From: a virus
Lineage: Duplodnaviria > Caudoviricetes
IMG/VR virus record: IMGVR_UViG_3300030376_004022
Coordinates: 1-36,401 of that record
Direction: 5' to 3' (one strand)
Length of the DNA: 36,401 nt
The notes beneath the pieces were generated by a model that saw only the letters and a program-made list of their open reading frames with translations, was not told the DNA's origin and did not search any database. Below are positions 16,524 to 25,714 of this stretch, piece after piece. Position numbers and translations under genes: made by a program. How positions within the stretch are numbered: position 1 is the stretch's first letter; each line of letters begins with the position of its first letter.

Positions 16524-18137
16524 CTACTTGTATTCAAAAACCACGACGATCCCGGCACCGCCCGCCGCTCCAGCATATCCACCGCCCAACGCTGCGGTCG
16601 CTGAGCCGCCGCCCCCGGCGCCGTACGTGCCGGTTGTCGGACCGCCGACAGAACTGCCTCGATACTGGCCGACGCCGCCCGGACCCCAGAAACTAGCTCC
16701 ACCCCGTGTCGCGCCTTCGGCATTGTATGAGCCGTTGCTCGCCCCGGCTCGGGCATAGTAATAAGCGTCGCCGCCCTTCAAATTGATATCGCCGCCGCTA
16801 CCGGTGCCTCCTGCGGTCGCCGCAACATCGCTGCCCGGGGCTGTGCTTCCTTCGCCACCAGCACCGCCGGTTGCGCTGCAATGCGATCCAAAAGACGAAG
16901 TCGCTCCGGCCCCACCGTCGTTGCCGTTTGCCGCACCGGCTGCACCGGCTGCGCCTACGGTCACAGTCTCGCTGGAAATGGAAGACACATCGATGGCCTC
17001 GATTGCCGTCCCACCAGCAGCGCCGCCGCCGCGTGCTGAATCGTTTGGCGTCCCGCCGCCACCGCCGCCCGATCCGGTCACGTACACAAGCACTTTTTTT
17101 ATGCCCGAAGGTTTTGTCCAAGTGCCCGAACTAGTAAACACTTGCACACTGTTAAACCCGCCGCCCGCCGGAGCCTGAAAAGTCGGCGCGCTGCCGCTGC
17201 CATTGGAGGTCAGCACATGAGAGCTGGTCCCAACAGCCGTCGCACCTACCGCGCTTGTGCCATTTCCAAAGAGAACGCCGTTTGCCGTTAGCGAGGTTGC
17301 CGCAGTGCCGCCATTAGCAACGGGCAGTGCGCCGGTTACTTTGCTCGTCAAATCGATGCTGCCAGCCAACATCGCGTTGGTGACAGTAGACCATGACGGG
17401 TCCGTGCCGTTTGTTGTTAGCACCGTATTAGCAGAGCCGATGGCAAGCCGCTCGCTTGCGCTGGCCCCACGCTTGATCACATCGCCGCGTGTCGTCAGCA
17501 CGTTGTCGGGGTCGCCTGTTGCACCCGTCGCCCCTGTCGCTCCGGTCGGGATACCAAGCGCAAGCGCGCCTGTTGCGACCGTGAATGCAGCGGTCGGCGA
17601 TCCGCCGACGGAGACAGCAGAAGCGGTTACCGAACTCACGCGGCCAGTCGTGCTTTCCAGATCGCCGTCGCTGTCAAAGCCCAGCAATTTGCTGGCGCGC
17701 GCGGTTGCATCGTCGGTGAATTCGGCACTGGTAATCGTGTTCGTGCGGCTAATTTTGAACGAACGGTCCAGCTCCTCCTGCAACCCCTGGGTAATCATAG
17801 TGAGGCGATCGAGGCCGTCTTCGTGGCTTTCTGCCGGAAACGGGTCGTTCTCGACGTAGTCAGTCCCCTGCGTCAGCGCCAGGTTACGACGCAGCACCAC
17901 AGTCTCACCAGATGCCGGAATGTTGCCGCTGGTAAACGTCACCGTGCCACCAGCATCAGCGCCGGCCCCGCTGACGGTGTAATGCGTGGTCAGCGTCTTC
18001 GTCGTTTCTGTGCCGGTAGACGAGCGGATGATCACCTGCATTTCGCTGTCGGCAAAAATCTTGAATGTGTAGTTAAAGCCGGCGGTCGATCCGTCGCCCG
18101 ACGCTGAAACTTTTGTGGTGGTCGAGGATACACTCAT
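16524..18137 (-). CDS. Tail fibre protein
   Basis: T7 gp17-like N-terminal anchor (GDGSTAGFNYTFKIF...LDRLTMITQ), short GAT collagen-like stretch, glycine-rich C-terminal domain. Confidence 0.85.
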   Translation of the reverse strand: MSVSSTTTKVSASGDGSTAGFNYTFKIFADSEMQVIIRSSTGTETTKTLTTHYTVSGAGADAGGTVTFTSGNIPASGETVVLRRNLALTQGTDYVENDPFPAESHEDGLDRLTMITQGLQEELDRSFKISRTNTITSAEFTDDATARASKLLGFDSDGDLESTTGRVSSVTASAVSVGGSPTAAFTVATGALALGIPTGATGATGATGDPDNVLTTRGDVIKRGASASERLAIGSANTVLTTNGTDPSWSTVTNAMLAGSIDLTSKVTGALPVANGGTAATSLTANGVLFGNGTSAVGATAVGTSSHVLTSNGSGSAPTFQAPAGGGFNSVQVFTSSGTWTKPSGIKKVLVYVTGSGGGGGGTPNDSARGGGAAGGTAIEAIDVSSISSETVTVGAAGAAGAANGNDGGAGATSSFGSHCSATGGAGGEGSTAPGSDVAATAGGTGSGGDINLKGGDAYYYARAGASNGSYNAEGATRGGASFWGPGGVGQYRGSSVGGPTTGTYGAGGGGSATAALGGGYAGAAGGAGIVVVFEYK

Positions 18138-21100
18138 CGCCTGATTTTCCCTTGCTCTTTGTAAACGTCTTTCATGGAAATAAAGTCGCGGTAAGCACGC
18201 GCGACGTCCTGGTACTGCGGCATATTGAAAACCACCTCTAGACCGGAATCGTAGAACCGATCTTCAACATCACGCATAGCGTTGTGCTGTTCTTTTTCAG
18301 TCATGCCGCTAAAGGCCACTGAGCTGACAAGGTTGGTCAGCGCCTGCGTAAATGTCTCCGCTTCGCCGGTGGCCGGATTTTGCACGCTGATTGTTCTCTT
18401 TGCGATCCGCGTCCACTCAGACTGGAACGCATCGGTAAAAGCGAAACCGTCCGCCTTTTCCTTCGCAGTACGTAACGGCCCATTGAGAGTGATCTGCAGG
18501 CGTTGCAATGCGTTAGGCGCCTGGCCTTTGCGGATGTTAAAGGGGATGATCAGATTGTACGCAGCCTGCACTGGATTGACGTCGAACCGCACACCCATCT
18601 CGCGCGCTTCGCCGAACACGTCGTACTGAATTGCAGACGTCTCATCGCTGGCGCCGCCCATGATGACGCGATCGTTCAGCATGGAGTCCCACTTCGCCAT
18701 CGCATCAGTGAAGCTGCCGCCCAGGCCACCCTTCACCATGCCAACCAGTTCGTATTGCGGGTTGCCGTCAGGGCCGGGTTTCATGCCCTGCACGTCTTCG
18801 ATCGTATAGTAATTCACGTCGCCGCTGGCTCTGCGCTGCGTCGGATCTACTGCGCGCTCACCAGCTCGCACCGCCGCCGAGTACGGCATAAACGACTTCA
18901 GCGGTCCTTCAGCAATCAGACTGATGTCGCCTTTTTCAAACGATTTTACGATTTCGCCGACTGTCTGAACCATCGGCATTTCAGTAAAGTATGTGGCGGC
19001 TGCAGCAATGGCGTTGGTTGCCAAAGCGTTGCGCGCCTCGGGGTCGTTGGAACGGCGCATACGCTCCACCGTGGTTGCAGCGATACCCAGTACAGCACCG
19101 ATCGGCTCAAGGCCGGCATAGCTTACATAGGTCAGAGCGCCATTCGGCACGCCGGTGCGCGGATCAAACAACGGGAAGTCATCGCCTTCGGCGTCCTTCG
19201 GCCAGTCATCTCCCTTGAACACCAGCGAATACGGACGCCAGCCTGGCGGGAGCATATTGCGCTGCCGCTCATCCTTCGGCATCGCGCCTGTGACCCGTCC
19301 CGACGAAGCGTATTCTGCAAAAGCGTACATAACGCCGTAGCCCATGCCTGCGCGTGCGATTGCTTTCTGCCTGGCAACTGGATCGCGGAAGTAACCGCCC
19401 GACACGCCCATACGTTCCATCGCACGCAGGATTGCGTTCGTCGGTGCTTTGGCAAACGGTAACAGGACGCGGCCAAAAAACGGAACTTTCTGAATCATGT
19501 TGGCAACGTCACCGAACACGCCCATGTCGTTAGTCAACGTGTTATAGCGCGCGGCCTCGTCAAGCTGGTTAGCGTAGGAGCGTGGGTCCAAGATGACCAT
19601 CGCCGCGTTATCAACGGCTTCTTTGTCAGTCTTGCCCAGCGCCTTGGCAGACATTGCCGAATGGTACGCTTCAGAATACAGCTCGCCCCGCTGACTGAAT
19701 ACGCGCCAAAGGTCGTCTGCGGCCATCAATGCTCGACCTGGTATGCGGATAATCTTGCCGACAGCGTCAGCGAAGCGTCCCGCCATACCACTTAGATTAA
19801 GCGCTTCAGAGCTGATCGCCTTCAGCTCCCCACCTTCAATTTTCGTAAGAGCGTCGGCACCCTGTTCGTACTTGAATGTCTGGCCTGCAATAATCAGCGA
19901 ATCTTTGAGAGATCGGCTAAAGCCGTAGATACGCGCAACAGCTTGGCCGGCATACACGCCGTCCGCAGTGCTACCAAAGCCAGCGCGACCGTAGCCCTTG
20001 GGACCAGCACCTACTGCCTTACCAACGCCGCGTTCGACGCCGCCCACTATACCGGCCAGCACTTCCTCGGCTGTCTGGTACGCCATGAACACAGGCGTGG
20101 CGAAGAAGTTCTTGACGTGGGTGTAAGTCCAGCTCAACAGGCCATTGACGTACACTTCCTGAAACACGCCGTTGGCCTTGCTCAAGAAACCGCGAAAAGC
20201 GTAACCGTGGACCGCAGCCGAGCCGCCCTCGGCTTCTGCGCGTAACAGGCCAGCGGCCAGCTTCTTCGCTTCCCTTGCCCCGCCTGTTGACCGCAACATT
20301 TCTGCTGCTGCCTGCGCCTGCGCCTCTGCGGTGCGTGCGCTGGCAGGTATATTGAAGGCAGACAATGCGCGCGCGATTTCCGTCTGCATACCCTTGACCT
20401 GCATCTGTATGCCGGCGTGGATTGCCATCTGTTTCCGAAACTTTAGCAGAGTGGCTGAATCGTCAGCGCCGTCGCGTACCGCTCTCGCCAGGTCGGTCAG
20501 GCGTTCGCCCGATCGTACGAGCAGAATGCGCGCCGCTGTTGCCTGCTCTGCGTTGAGCAGCTCGCCGGTCTTGCGTTTCAAGAGCTGGCGCGTAAAGCCC
20601 ATCTCGTCTGCAAGCAGACCCTCAGCCTGCTCCAGCGTCTCGCCGCGGCTGATGACGCCGCGCTTTGCCGCCTCGGTCGGGTCGGCGTAAATCTCGCTAA
20701 CCTCGTTGAACAGGTTCTTGACGTCATCGCCGGTTTGCAAACCATCGAAATTGAAGTCCAGCCCGTCACCGCCGCTCCGCACGAAACTGCTAACCCGCTC
20801 TGGCTCTGTGGCTCGGACAACGCCAGCGGCGTCCATGCTATCAGCCGCGCCGGCTTCACCGGCGCCAGGCCGCAATGCCGCTTGGGCGTCAGTAACTACG
20901 TCAGCGGCTGGGTCAGCACCGAGAGCTTCCAATGCCTCTGTCGTCGGCGGTGGCTCAATCGCGTCCCTGGCAACTCCACCAGCCTCATCAAATCGCTGTT
21001 GGCCCTCTGGCGATAATAGCTGCGGCGCAAGTTCTTCCTGTCGCTGCTTGTACGGATCAGGCTCGCCTAGCTCACGCTTTGGCAGCGCAGTGCCTTCCTC

Positions 21101-21265
21101 GACCGATGTCGGCACACCCTTATCTGCCCGTCGCGGTGCCACGCCAAGCATCTTGAATAGCTCAACGATAACGTCGCCCTTGCCCGCAACTTGTATATTC
21201 TCATCATCAGGCAATAGGGTGCCGCCGCGGCGTGAGGCTTCAGCCGCCTGTTCAGATATAGCCAT
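18134..21265 (-). CDS. Large internal virion (ejection) protein
   Basis: 1043 aa, Ala-rich and predicted helical; PFAKAPTN and GWRPYS motifs; position before the tail fibre. Confidence 0.7.
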   Translation of the reverse strand: MAISEQAAEASRRGGTLLPDDENIQVAGKGDVIVELFKMLGVAPRRADKGVPTSVEEGTALPKRELGEPDPYKQRQEELAPQLLSPEGQQRFDEAGGVARDAIEPPPTTEALEALGADPAADVVTDAQAALRPGAGEAGAADSMDAAGVVRATEPERVSSFVRSGGDGLDFNFDGLQTGDDVKNLFNEVSEIYADPTEAAKRGVISRGETLEQAEGLLADEMGFTRQLLKRKTGELLNAEQATAARILLVRSGERLTDLARAVRDGADDSATLLKFRKQMAIHAGIQMQVKGMQTEIARALSAFNIPASARTAEAQAQAAAEMLRSTGGAREAKKLAAGLLRAEAEGGSAAVHGYAFRGFLSKANGVFQEVYVNGLLSWTYTHVKNFFATPVFMAYQTAEEVLAGIVGGVERGVGKAVGAGPKGYGRAGFGSTADGVYAGQAVARIYGFSRSLKDSLIIAGQTFKYEQGADALTKIEGGELKAISSEALNLSGMAGRFADAVGKIIRIPGRALMAADDLWRVFSQRGELYSEAYHSAMSAKALGKTDKEAVDNAAMVILDPRSYANQLDEAARYNTLTNDMGVFGDVANMIQKVPFFGRVLLPFAKAPTNAILRAMERMGVSGGYFRDPVARQKAIARAGMGYGVMYAFAEYASSGRVTGAMPKDERQRNMLPPGWRPYSLVFKGDDWPKDAEGDDFPLFDPRTGVPNGALTYVSYAGLEPIGAVLGIAATTVERMRRSNDPEARNALATNAIAAAATYFTEMPMVQTVGEIVKSFEKGDISLIAEGPLKSFMPYSAAVRAGERAVDPTQRRASGDVNYYTIEDVQGMKPGPDGNPQYELVGMVKGGLGGSFTDAMAKWDSMLNDRVIMGGASDETSAIQYDVFGEAREMGVRFDVNPVQAAYNLIIPFNIRKGQAPNALQRLQITLNGPLRTAKEKADGFAFTDAFQSEWTRIAKRTISVQNPATGEAETFTQALTNLVSSVAFSGMTEKEQHNAMRDVEDRFYDSGLEVVFNMPQYQDVARAYRDFISMKDVYKEQGKIRR

Positions 21266-21279
21266 GCGTGTTCCTAATT

Positions 21280-21303
21280 AAAAAACCCGCTTCCAAGCGG
21301 GTT
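21280..21303 (-). terminator. Intrinsic terminator-like hairpin
   Basis: AACCCGCTT-GG-AAGCGGGTT followed by a T run. Confidence 0.6.
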
Positions 21304-21451
21304 GACATCGGTACTCAAACCGCTCAATTTAAATCAGCGGGTTAGCTGTCCTTGGCGTTGTATTCATGCCCTTCAAGGTGCGCCTTGTTGGATTGTCTAC
21401 TTGGTAAACGAAAGTGCACGCACTGGATACCCGAGCGGACGCTGCCCGCGT

Positions 21452-23152
21452 CTATTGCTCACTCAAAAATTCTTTGTAAGCGTTTTTGATTTGATCAATA
21501 TATTCTTCTGGCCCTTCAATTGAGTCGTCGACAATCAACTCATCCGAATACCTGGTGCCGAACGTGGCCTGATTATACTCTCGCTCTGGCGTTGGCGGCA
21601 GATTGTGATCTGAGACGCGAATCTCAAACTTTTCATCTGGTGACACAATATATCGACTAGATGCCCGGCCCCTGTTTTTGGAAGAATAGCGCAAGGTCCA
21701 CCCTTCCTTTTTTAAAAGTCTGGGGATTGCTTCTAGGTTGGCCCTTGTCGCTGCCTTGCTAAATTTGCTGTATTTTATGTCTTTCTTCACTTTTTCAGCA
21801 AAATCTTTGCGCCACAGTTTTTTATTAACTAATTCATCAATAGCCGTACTGTCAGTTTTTACTCGTTTATCTGTTTTAAAACTATCTAGTCTGCGCTGCA
21901 TATCTATATTTGCTCGCAACAAAGGGTCAGTGCTGCGTCTTTGGTCAAACCGATTTTTTCGGAGTTCATGAATTTCTAAAGTGTCGTCGCGTAGCGCTGT
22001 AATTTCTTCATCAGACAAATTATACCCTTGGTCTTTTGCGGCCTCACGAAAGTGTTTTATTTGGCGACCGCCTCGCGGTGTTCCCAGCCCACCAAGGGAG
22101 CCTGCTAATTTTGAACTAAAAGGCTCATCCGTACCGGGATCATCACGGGTAAGCCGCTTCGCCACCTTACCAGCAGCCGACAATGCCATGTCACCGGCAG
22201 CACCGATCGGGTTTGCCGATAACGTCTCGCCGCGCATAACGCTGCCAAGCCGTTCGTCCGCACGCGCGCCAGCCTGCACAATGCGCTCGCGCAGGTCGTC
22301 GGTGTTGACGTTCTTGGCGTACTTAACACCGAGAACCGCGCCCTCAATAAGTTTTTCAATCGCCCCGCCAATTACCATGCCGTCAAGCGCCTCACGCGCT
22401 TTGCTGATAATTTCTGGGTCGCTTTCCTGCTTTTCAACGACAAGCATAATCGCGTTCGCAAACGCGCCGCGTTCTTCGGGCGTGGCGCCCGACAACATTT
22501 TCGTAACAGCCGAAATCGCGCCGTCATTGTCGGGTTGTGCGTTAATGAAGTCCGCGATGCCGCCCCAGGCAATACTACGCGCAAACGGCGACATAACGCT
22601 GAACGCGCGCAGATACAATGCGGGGGTTACTGCATTCACGCCGAACTTGGTTATCTCTTCGACAATGCTCTGCAGGATTTTGCTGTTGGGCGGCTCGTTT
22701 ACATATTCAGCGAACGCCTCGTTTGCCCCTTTCGGCACAAGGTCGTTGCCGAACTCCACCACAGCCGAAACCCCGTCGCGTATCATTTCGCTGCCAAGGA
22801 ACGGTTTGTCAGATGCCAGGTCCACCCCGATAAGTTCACCCACCTCACGCAGTCCCTCGTTAACCAGGTCTACCGGCGTGCCAAGCAGCGGCAGCGTATC
22901 GCCGAGCGCCTTACTTGCGCCCATTGTGCCGCGGGTCATTGCACGGCCCACGTCACGACCGGGGCCACCCTCCTGCTCTTTTGGCTGGTCGTTGATCTTG
23001 ATCGGGACATCCATGACGATGCCGTATGCGTTGCCCTCGTTGTCGATCTCGACGTTGGCAAAGTCGTCTATTCCAAGCTGCGAAAAATCCGTTGCGCGGA
23101 TAGACGCTGCGGTTTCGTAGTCGTCAATGGTGTTATCAATCTGAGTCATCAA
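21452..23152 (-). CDS. Putative internal virion protein with an AT-rich variable C-terminal domain
   Basis: Position among ejection genes; composition shifts in the 3' third. Confidence 0.6.
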   Translation of the reverse strand: MMTQIDNTIDDYETAASIRATDFSQLGIDDFANVEIDNEGNAYGIVMDVPIKINDQPKEQEGGPGRDVGRAMTRGTMGASKALGDTLPLLGTPVDLVNEGLREVGELIGVDLASDKPFLGSEMIRDGVSAVVEFGNDLVPKGANEAFAEYVNEPPNSKILQSIVEEITKFGVNAVTPALYLRAFSVMSPFARSIAWGGIADFINAQPDNDGAISAVTKMLSGATPEERGAFANAIMLVVEKQESDPEIISKAREALDGMVIGGAIEKLIEGAVLGVKYAKNVNTDDLRERIVQAGARADERLGSVMRGETLSANPIGAAGDMALSAAGKVAKRLTRDDPGTDEPFSSKLAGSLGGLGTPRGGRQIKHFREAAKDQGYNLSDEEITALRDDTLEIHELRKNRFDQRRSTDPLLRANIDMQRRLDSFKTDKRVKTDSTAIDELVNKKLWRKDFAEKVKKDIKYSKFSKAATRANLEAIPRLLKKEGWTLRYSSKNRGRASSRYIVSPDEKFEIRVSDHNLPPTPEREYNQATFGTRYSDELIVDDSIEGPEEYIDQIKNAYKEFLSEQ

Positions 23153-24759
23153 TCGAATATCCGCAGCTCAAATGCTTTGTTCAGCGTCGTATTGAAGCCA
23201 GTCAACAAAGGATCAGTGCTACCTCGCGCAAGTTCACGGGCGACTGCAGCCTGAACCTCTTCAAGTGTGGCCGTGGCCGGGTTTGGTATTCTGCCTCGCA
23301 GCACTGGCGAAAGTAGCGTGTATCCCGCTTTCAATGCCTTTGCCTTAAAGGCTCTAAACTGGGCTTCAAACCGCGGCTTCTGCAGCTTGATTAGACGAGT
23401 TGCTTCAGCCATAACCTTTGCATAGGAAACGCCCGGATTATTTCTGACAAAACGACGAATATCGCGCCGTGATTGCATAAATGCCTGGCGCGATGGCGTA
23501 CCCAGCAATTTTTCGTCCGCTAACTCCGTGTACCGAAAAACGTCTTTAAACTCGTTGATGGCGTCCGTCTCAGCCTCGCCGCGCTCCTGCTCCAAGGTGT
23601 TAAGCATACCCGTGTACCACTGCTTCGTGACGTTGCCTTTGTTTGCCAGCAGCTCCTCATAGTCCAACTGATTGAGGCTTTCCTTTTCTTCCAATTCGGA
23701 TTCAACCGCGTCGGTCGCAGCAGACTTTTTCGGGAACGCACCGCCCTCGGCTTCGGACTCTAAACTCTTTAGAACTGCATCCACCTGCGATGGCTTGGTG
23801 AAATAACCAGCCCCCAGCAAACGTGCTAAATTTTCTTTAGCTTCGTTGACGGCTGCTGGATCGTTGCGATCAACATTGACAATCGAGTTGTACAGAGCGT
23901 TGTTTGAGGCGTTTGCGTCTTCTTCCTTTTGATCGCGCAGGCTCTTCCGCAGCTTGACCATTGCGTTGGCCTGTTTAGTCGCGGCAATTGCGATGGCGTC
24001 TACTTTCTCTGGTGTTAGGTTTGCCGTCGCGGCTTGTATAATTCCATCGTTCAGTTTGCCCTGACGAAACTGCTCCACGATTGACAGCACATCTGCGTTA
24101 GGTGCGTTCATGTATGCGGACAGCGTATTCTGCACCAGATCCTCGTAGTAGGTGTCTAGTCGCACCTGCACCTCTTTTTCACCAAGGTCAGAAAGCGCGT
24201 CCGTAATTAGCAGTTGCCCTGTTAACGCAGCGTCACCGCGAGCGTTTGACCCTAAAGACAAGTCTGCCGCTGTTTTCACTGAGGCATCGCTGTCGGCTGT
24301 CAGGTTTGCTTTTCGCGCCTCGACCACGCGCGCGTTATTCGCTTTCATAAACCGAATGCGACTCGCGGCGTTGATACGAGCGGCCTCACCAGAAAACGCA
24401 CGCCGCGCAAGCGTATTAGACATACTTGAGCCGAACTGTTTGGTAATCCTGTTCGCCTCTGAAATAAACGTCTGCTCGGCTTTTTGTGGGCTTTCCTGTT
24501 GCGCTGCTTTGGCTTCAGCTTCAGCCATAGCGACTTGCATTCCGATCGCAGCATTCTTCGCTTCGCTGTCGGCACTGACCTGCGCCTTCTTCATACCGAA
24601 AGCGGCAAGCTCTGCGCCGGCCTGCGCAAGCTGTGCGCCGCTCTCTGCATATGCGCGTGCGGGCGCCGCCATAGCCGACGCACTGAGCTGCGCGGTGAGA
24701 AACTGACCCTGCCCCTGGCGTGGGCGTTGAAGCTGTGCTGTGTAGGTTGGAACCTTCAT
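23149..24759 (-). CDS. Putative internal virion protein
   Basis: MKVPTY start, Ala/Gln-rich; synteny with podovirus ejection genes. Confidence 0.65.
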   Translation of the reverse strand: MKVPTYTAQLQRPRQGQGQFLTAQLSASAMAAPARAYAESGAQLAQAGAELAAFGMKKAQVSADSEAKNAAIGMQVAMAEAEAKAAQQESPQKAEQTFISEANRITKQFGSSMSNTLARRAFSGEAARINAASRIRFMKANNARVVEARKANLTADSDASVKTAADLSLGSNARGDAALTGQLLITDALSDLGEKEVQVRLDTYYEDLVQNTLSAYMNAPNADVLSIVEQFRQGKLNDGIIQAATANLTPEKVDAIAIAATKQANAMVKLRKSLRDQKEEDANASNNALYNSIVNVDRNDPAAVNEAKENLARLLGAGYFTKPSQVDAVLKSLESEAEGGAFPKKSAATDAVESELEEKESLNQLDYEELLANKGNVTKQWYTGMLNTLEQERGEAETDAINEFKDVFRYTELADEKLLGTPSRQAFMQSRRDIRRFVRNNPGVSYAKVMAEATRLIKLQKPRFEAQFRAFKAKALKAGYTLLSPVLRGRIPNPATATLEEVQAAVARELARGSTDPLLTGFNTTLNKAFELRIFD

Positions 24760-25280
24760 GCGATCTGGCTCATCTGATACCCGCCCTTGGCAAGCGTAGT
24801 GAGCGCGCCAAACTGCGCGCTGCGTGCCTTGATGTCGTAGGCGAGTTTCTGCTGGCGCCCTTCGAGCAGCGCCACCTGTCCAGCCAAACGCTGATTGACG
24901 CTTTGCTCGCGCATCCGCCCTGCGTCTGTCGCTGCGGTCAGGCGGATGGTTTGAATCTCTTCCTCGGCTTCGTTGGCATTGTCCCGCAGCACCTCCAGCG
25001 GTGTGCCTGAGCTGGCAATGACGCCGGACTTGCGATACGCGGTGCCAGCACGGGCTTGCAGCTTATCAAACTGCTTTTTGAACCGGACGACTTCCTGACC
25101 ACCGACGCGCTCGCGGAACTTGGCTTCCTGATCAGATACCCGCGCATTTCGGTCGCGGACGCCTTTATTAAACTCTGCCGTCTGCATCGCGGCATTGCCT
25201 GCTGCCTTCATGCCCTTCGCGGTTTGCATCTGGCCGTAGGCACTTATCGCGGTGCCAACGGCCAACATTCCTATTGCCAT
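24756..25280 (-). CDS. Small internal virion protein (T7 gp14-like position)
   Basis: Gly/Ala hydrophobic N-terminus; SGVIASSGTPL motif. Confidence 0.7.
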   Translation of the reverse strand: MAIGMLAVGTAISAYGQMQTAKGMKAAGNAAMQTAEFNKGVRDRNARVSDQEAKFRERVGGQEVVRFKKQFDKLQARAGTAYRKSGVIASSGTPLEVLRDNANEAEEEIQTIRLTAATDAGRMREQSVNQRLAGQVALLEGRQQKLAYDIKARSAQFGALTTLAKGGYQMSQIA

Positions 25281-25714
25281 AACCGTGCGTACCTTTCGTA
25301 ATCTAATTTGTTTGCGCCGTACTGACGCATGGTGCCTTCGTGTTCCATGCCGAGAAATTTCGCCCAGCGTTCAAGCTCGGGCCAATCGCTACGCATTACG
25401 GCTTGTACTCGCCACAACCCTTGCTCTTCAGCAACTCGCAGCAGTCCCTTCCGAACTAGCTTTCCTATACGAATCTGATGCCGACCGACCCGGCTGGCCC
25501 CCAAAAACCAAGCCTCGCCGACGCCTTTCCAGATCGGGAAAATACCGGCAGCGGCTATCAGATAGCCGTTATCTATTGCGGTGAACGCCATGCCCTCACG
25601 AACCATCGTCGGCATAAAGTTGCCGAACTCCGGTGCTGGGCGGTTGCGGTCGTCGTTTAAATCAGCCTCAAGCAGCGCCTCACCGTGCGCGATCTCAAAC
25701 GGAATAAGCCTCAC
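25271..25714 (-). CDS. GNAT-fold virion assembly protein
   Basis: GVGEAW...RVQA...WAKFLGMEHEG..RQYG. Confidence 0.7.
   Translation of the reverse strand: MRLIPFEIAHGEALLEADLNDDRNRPAPEFGNFMPTMVREGMAFTAIDNGYLIAAAGIFPIWKGVGEAWFLGASRVGRHQIRIGKLVRKGLLRVAEEQGLWRVQAVMRSDWPELERWAKFLGMEHEGTMRQYGANKLDYERYARLWQ

Noticed and set aside
16524-17200. Diversity-generating retroelement target in the tail fibre (given the BPP-1-like virion genes)
   Set aside because: No reverse transcriptase and no template/variable repeat pair seen
21302-21451. Plus-strand TTGACA promoter driving an antisense or immunity gene
   Set aside because: The -10 match is weak and I found no convincing downstream ORF with an RBS
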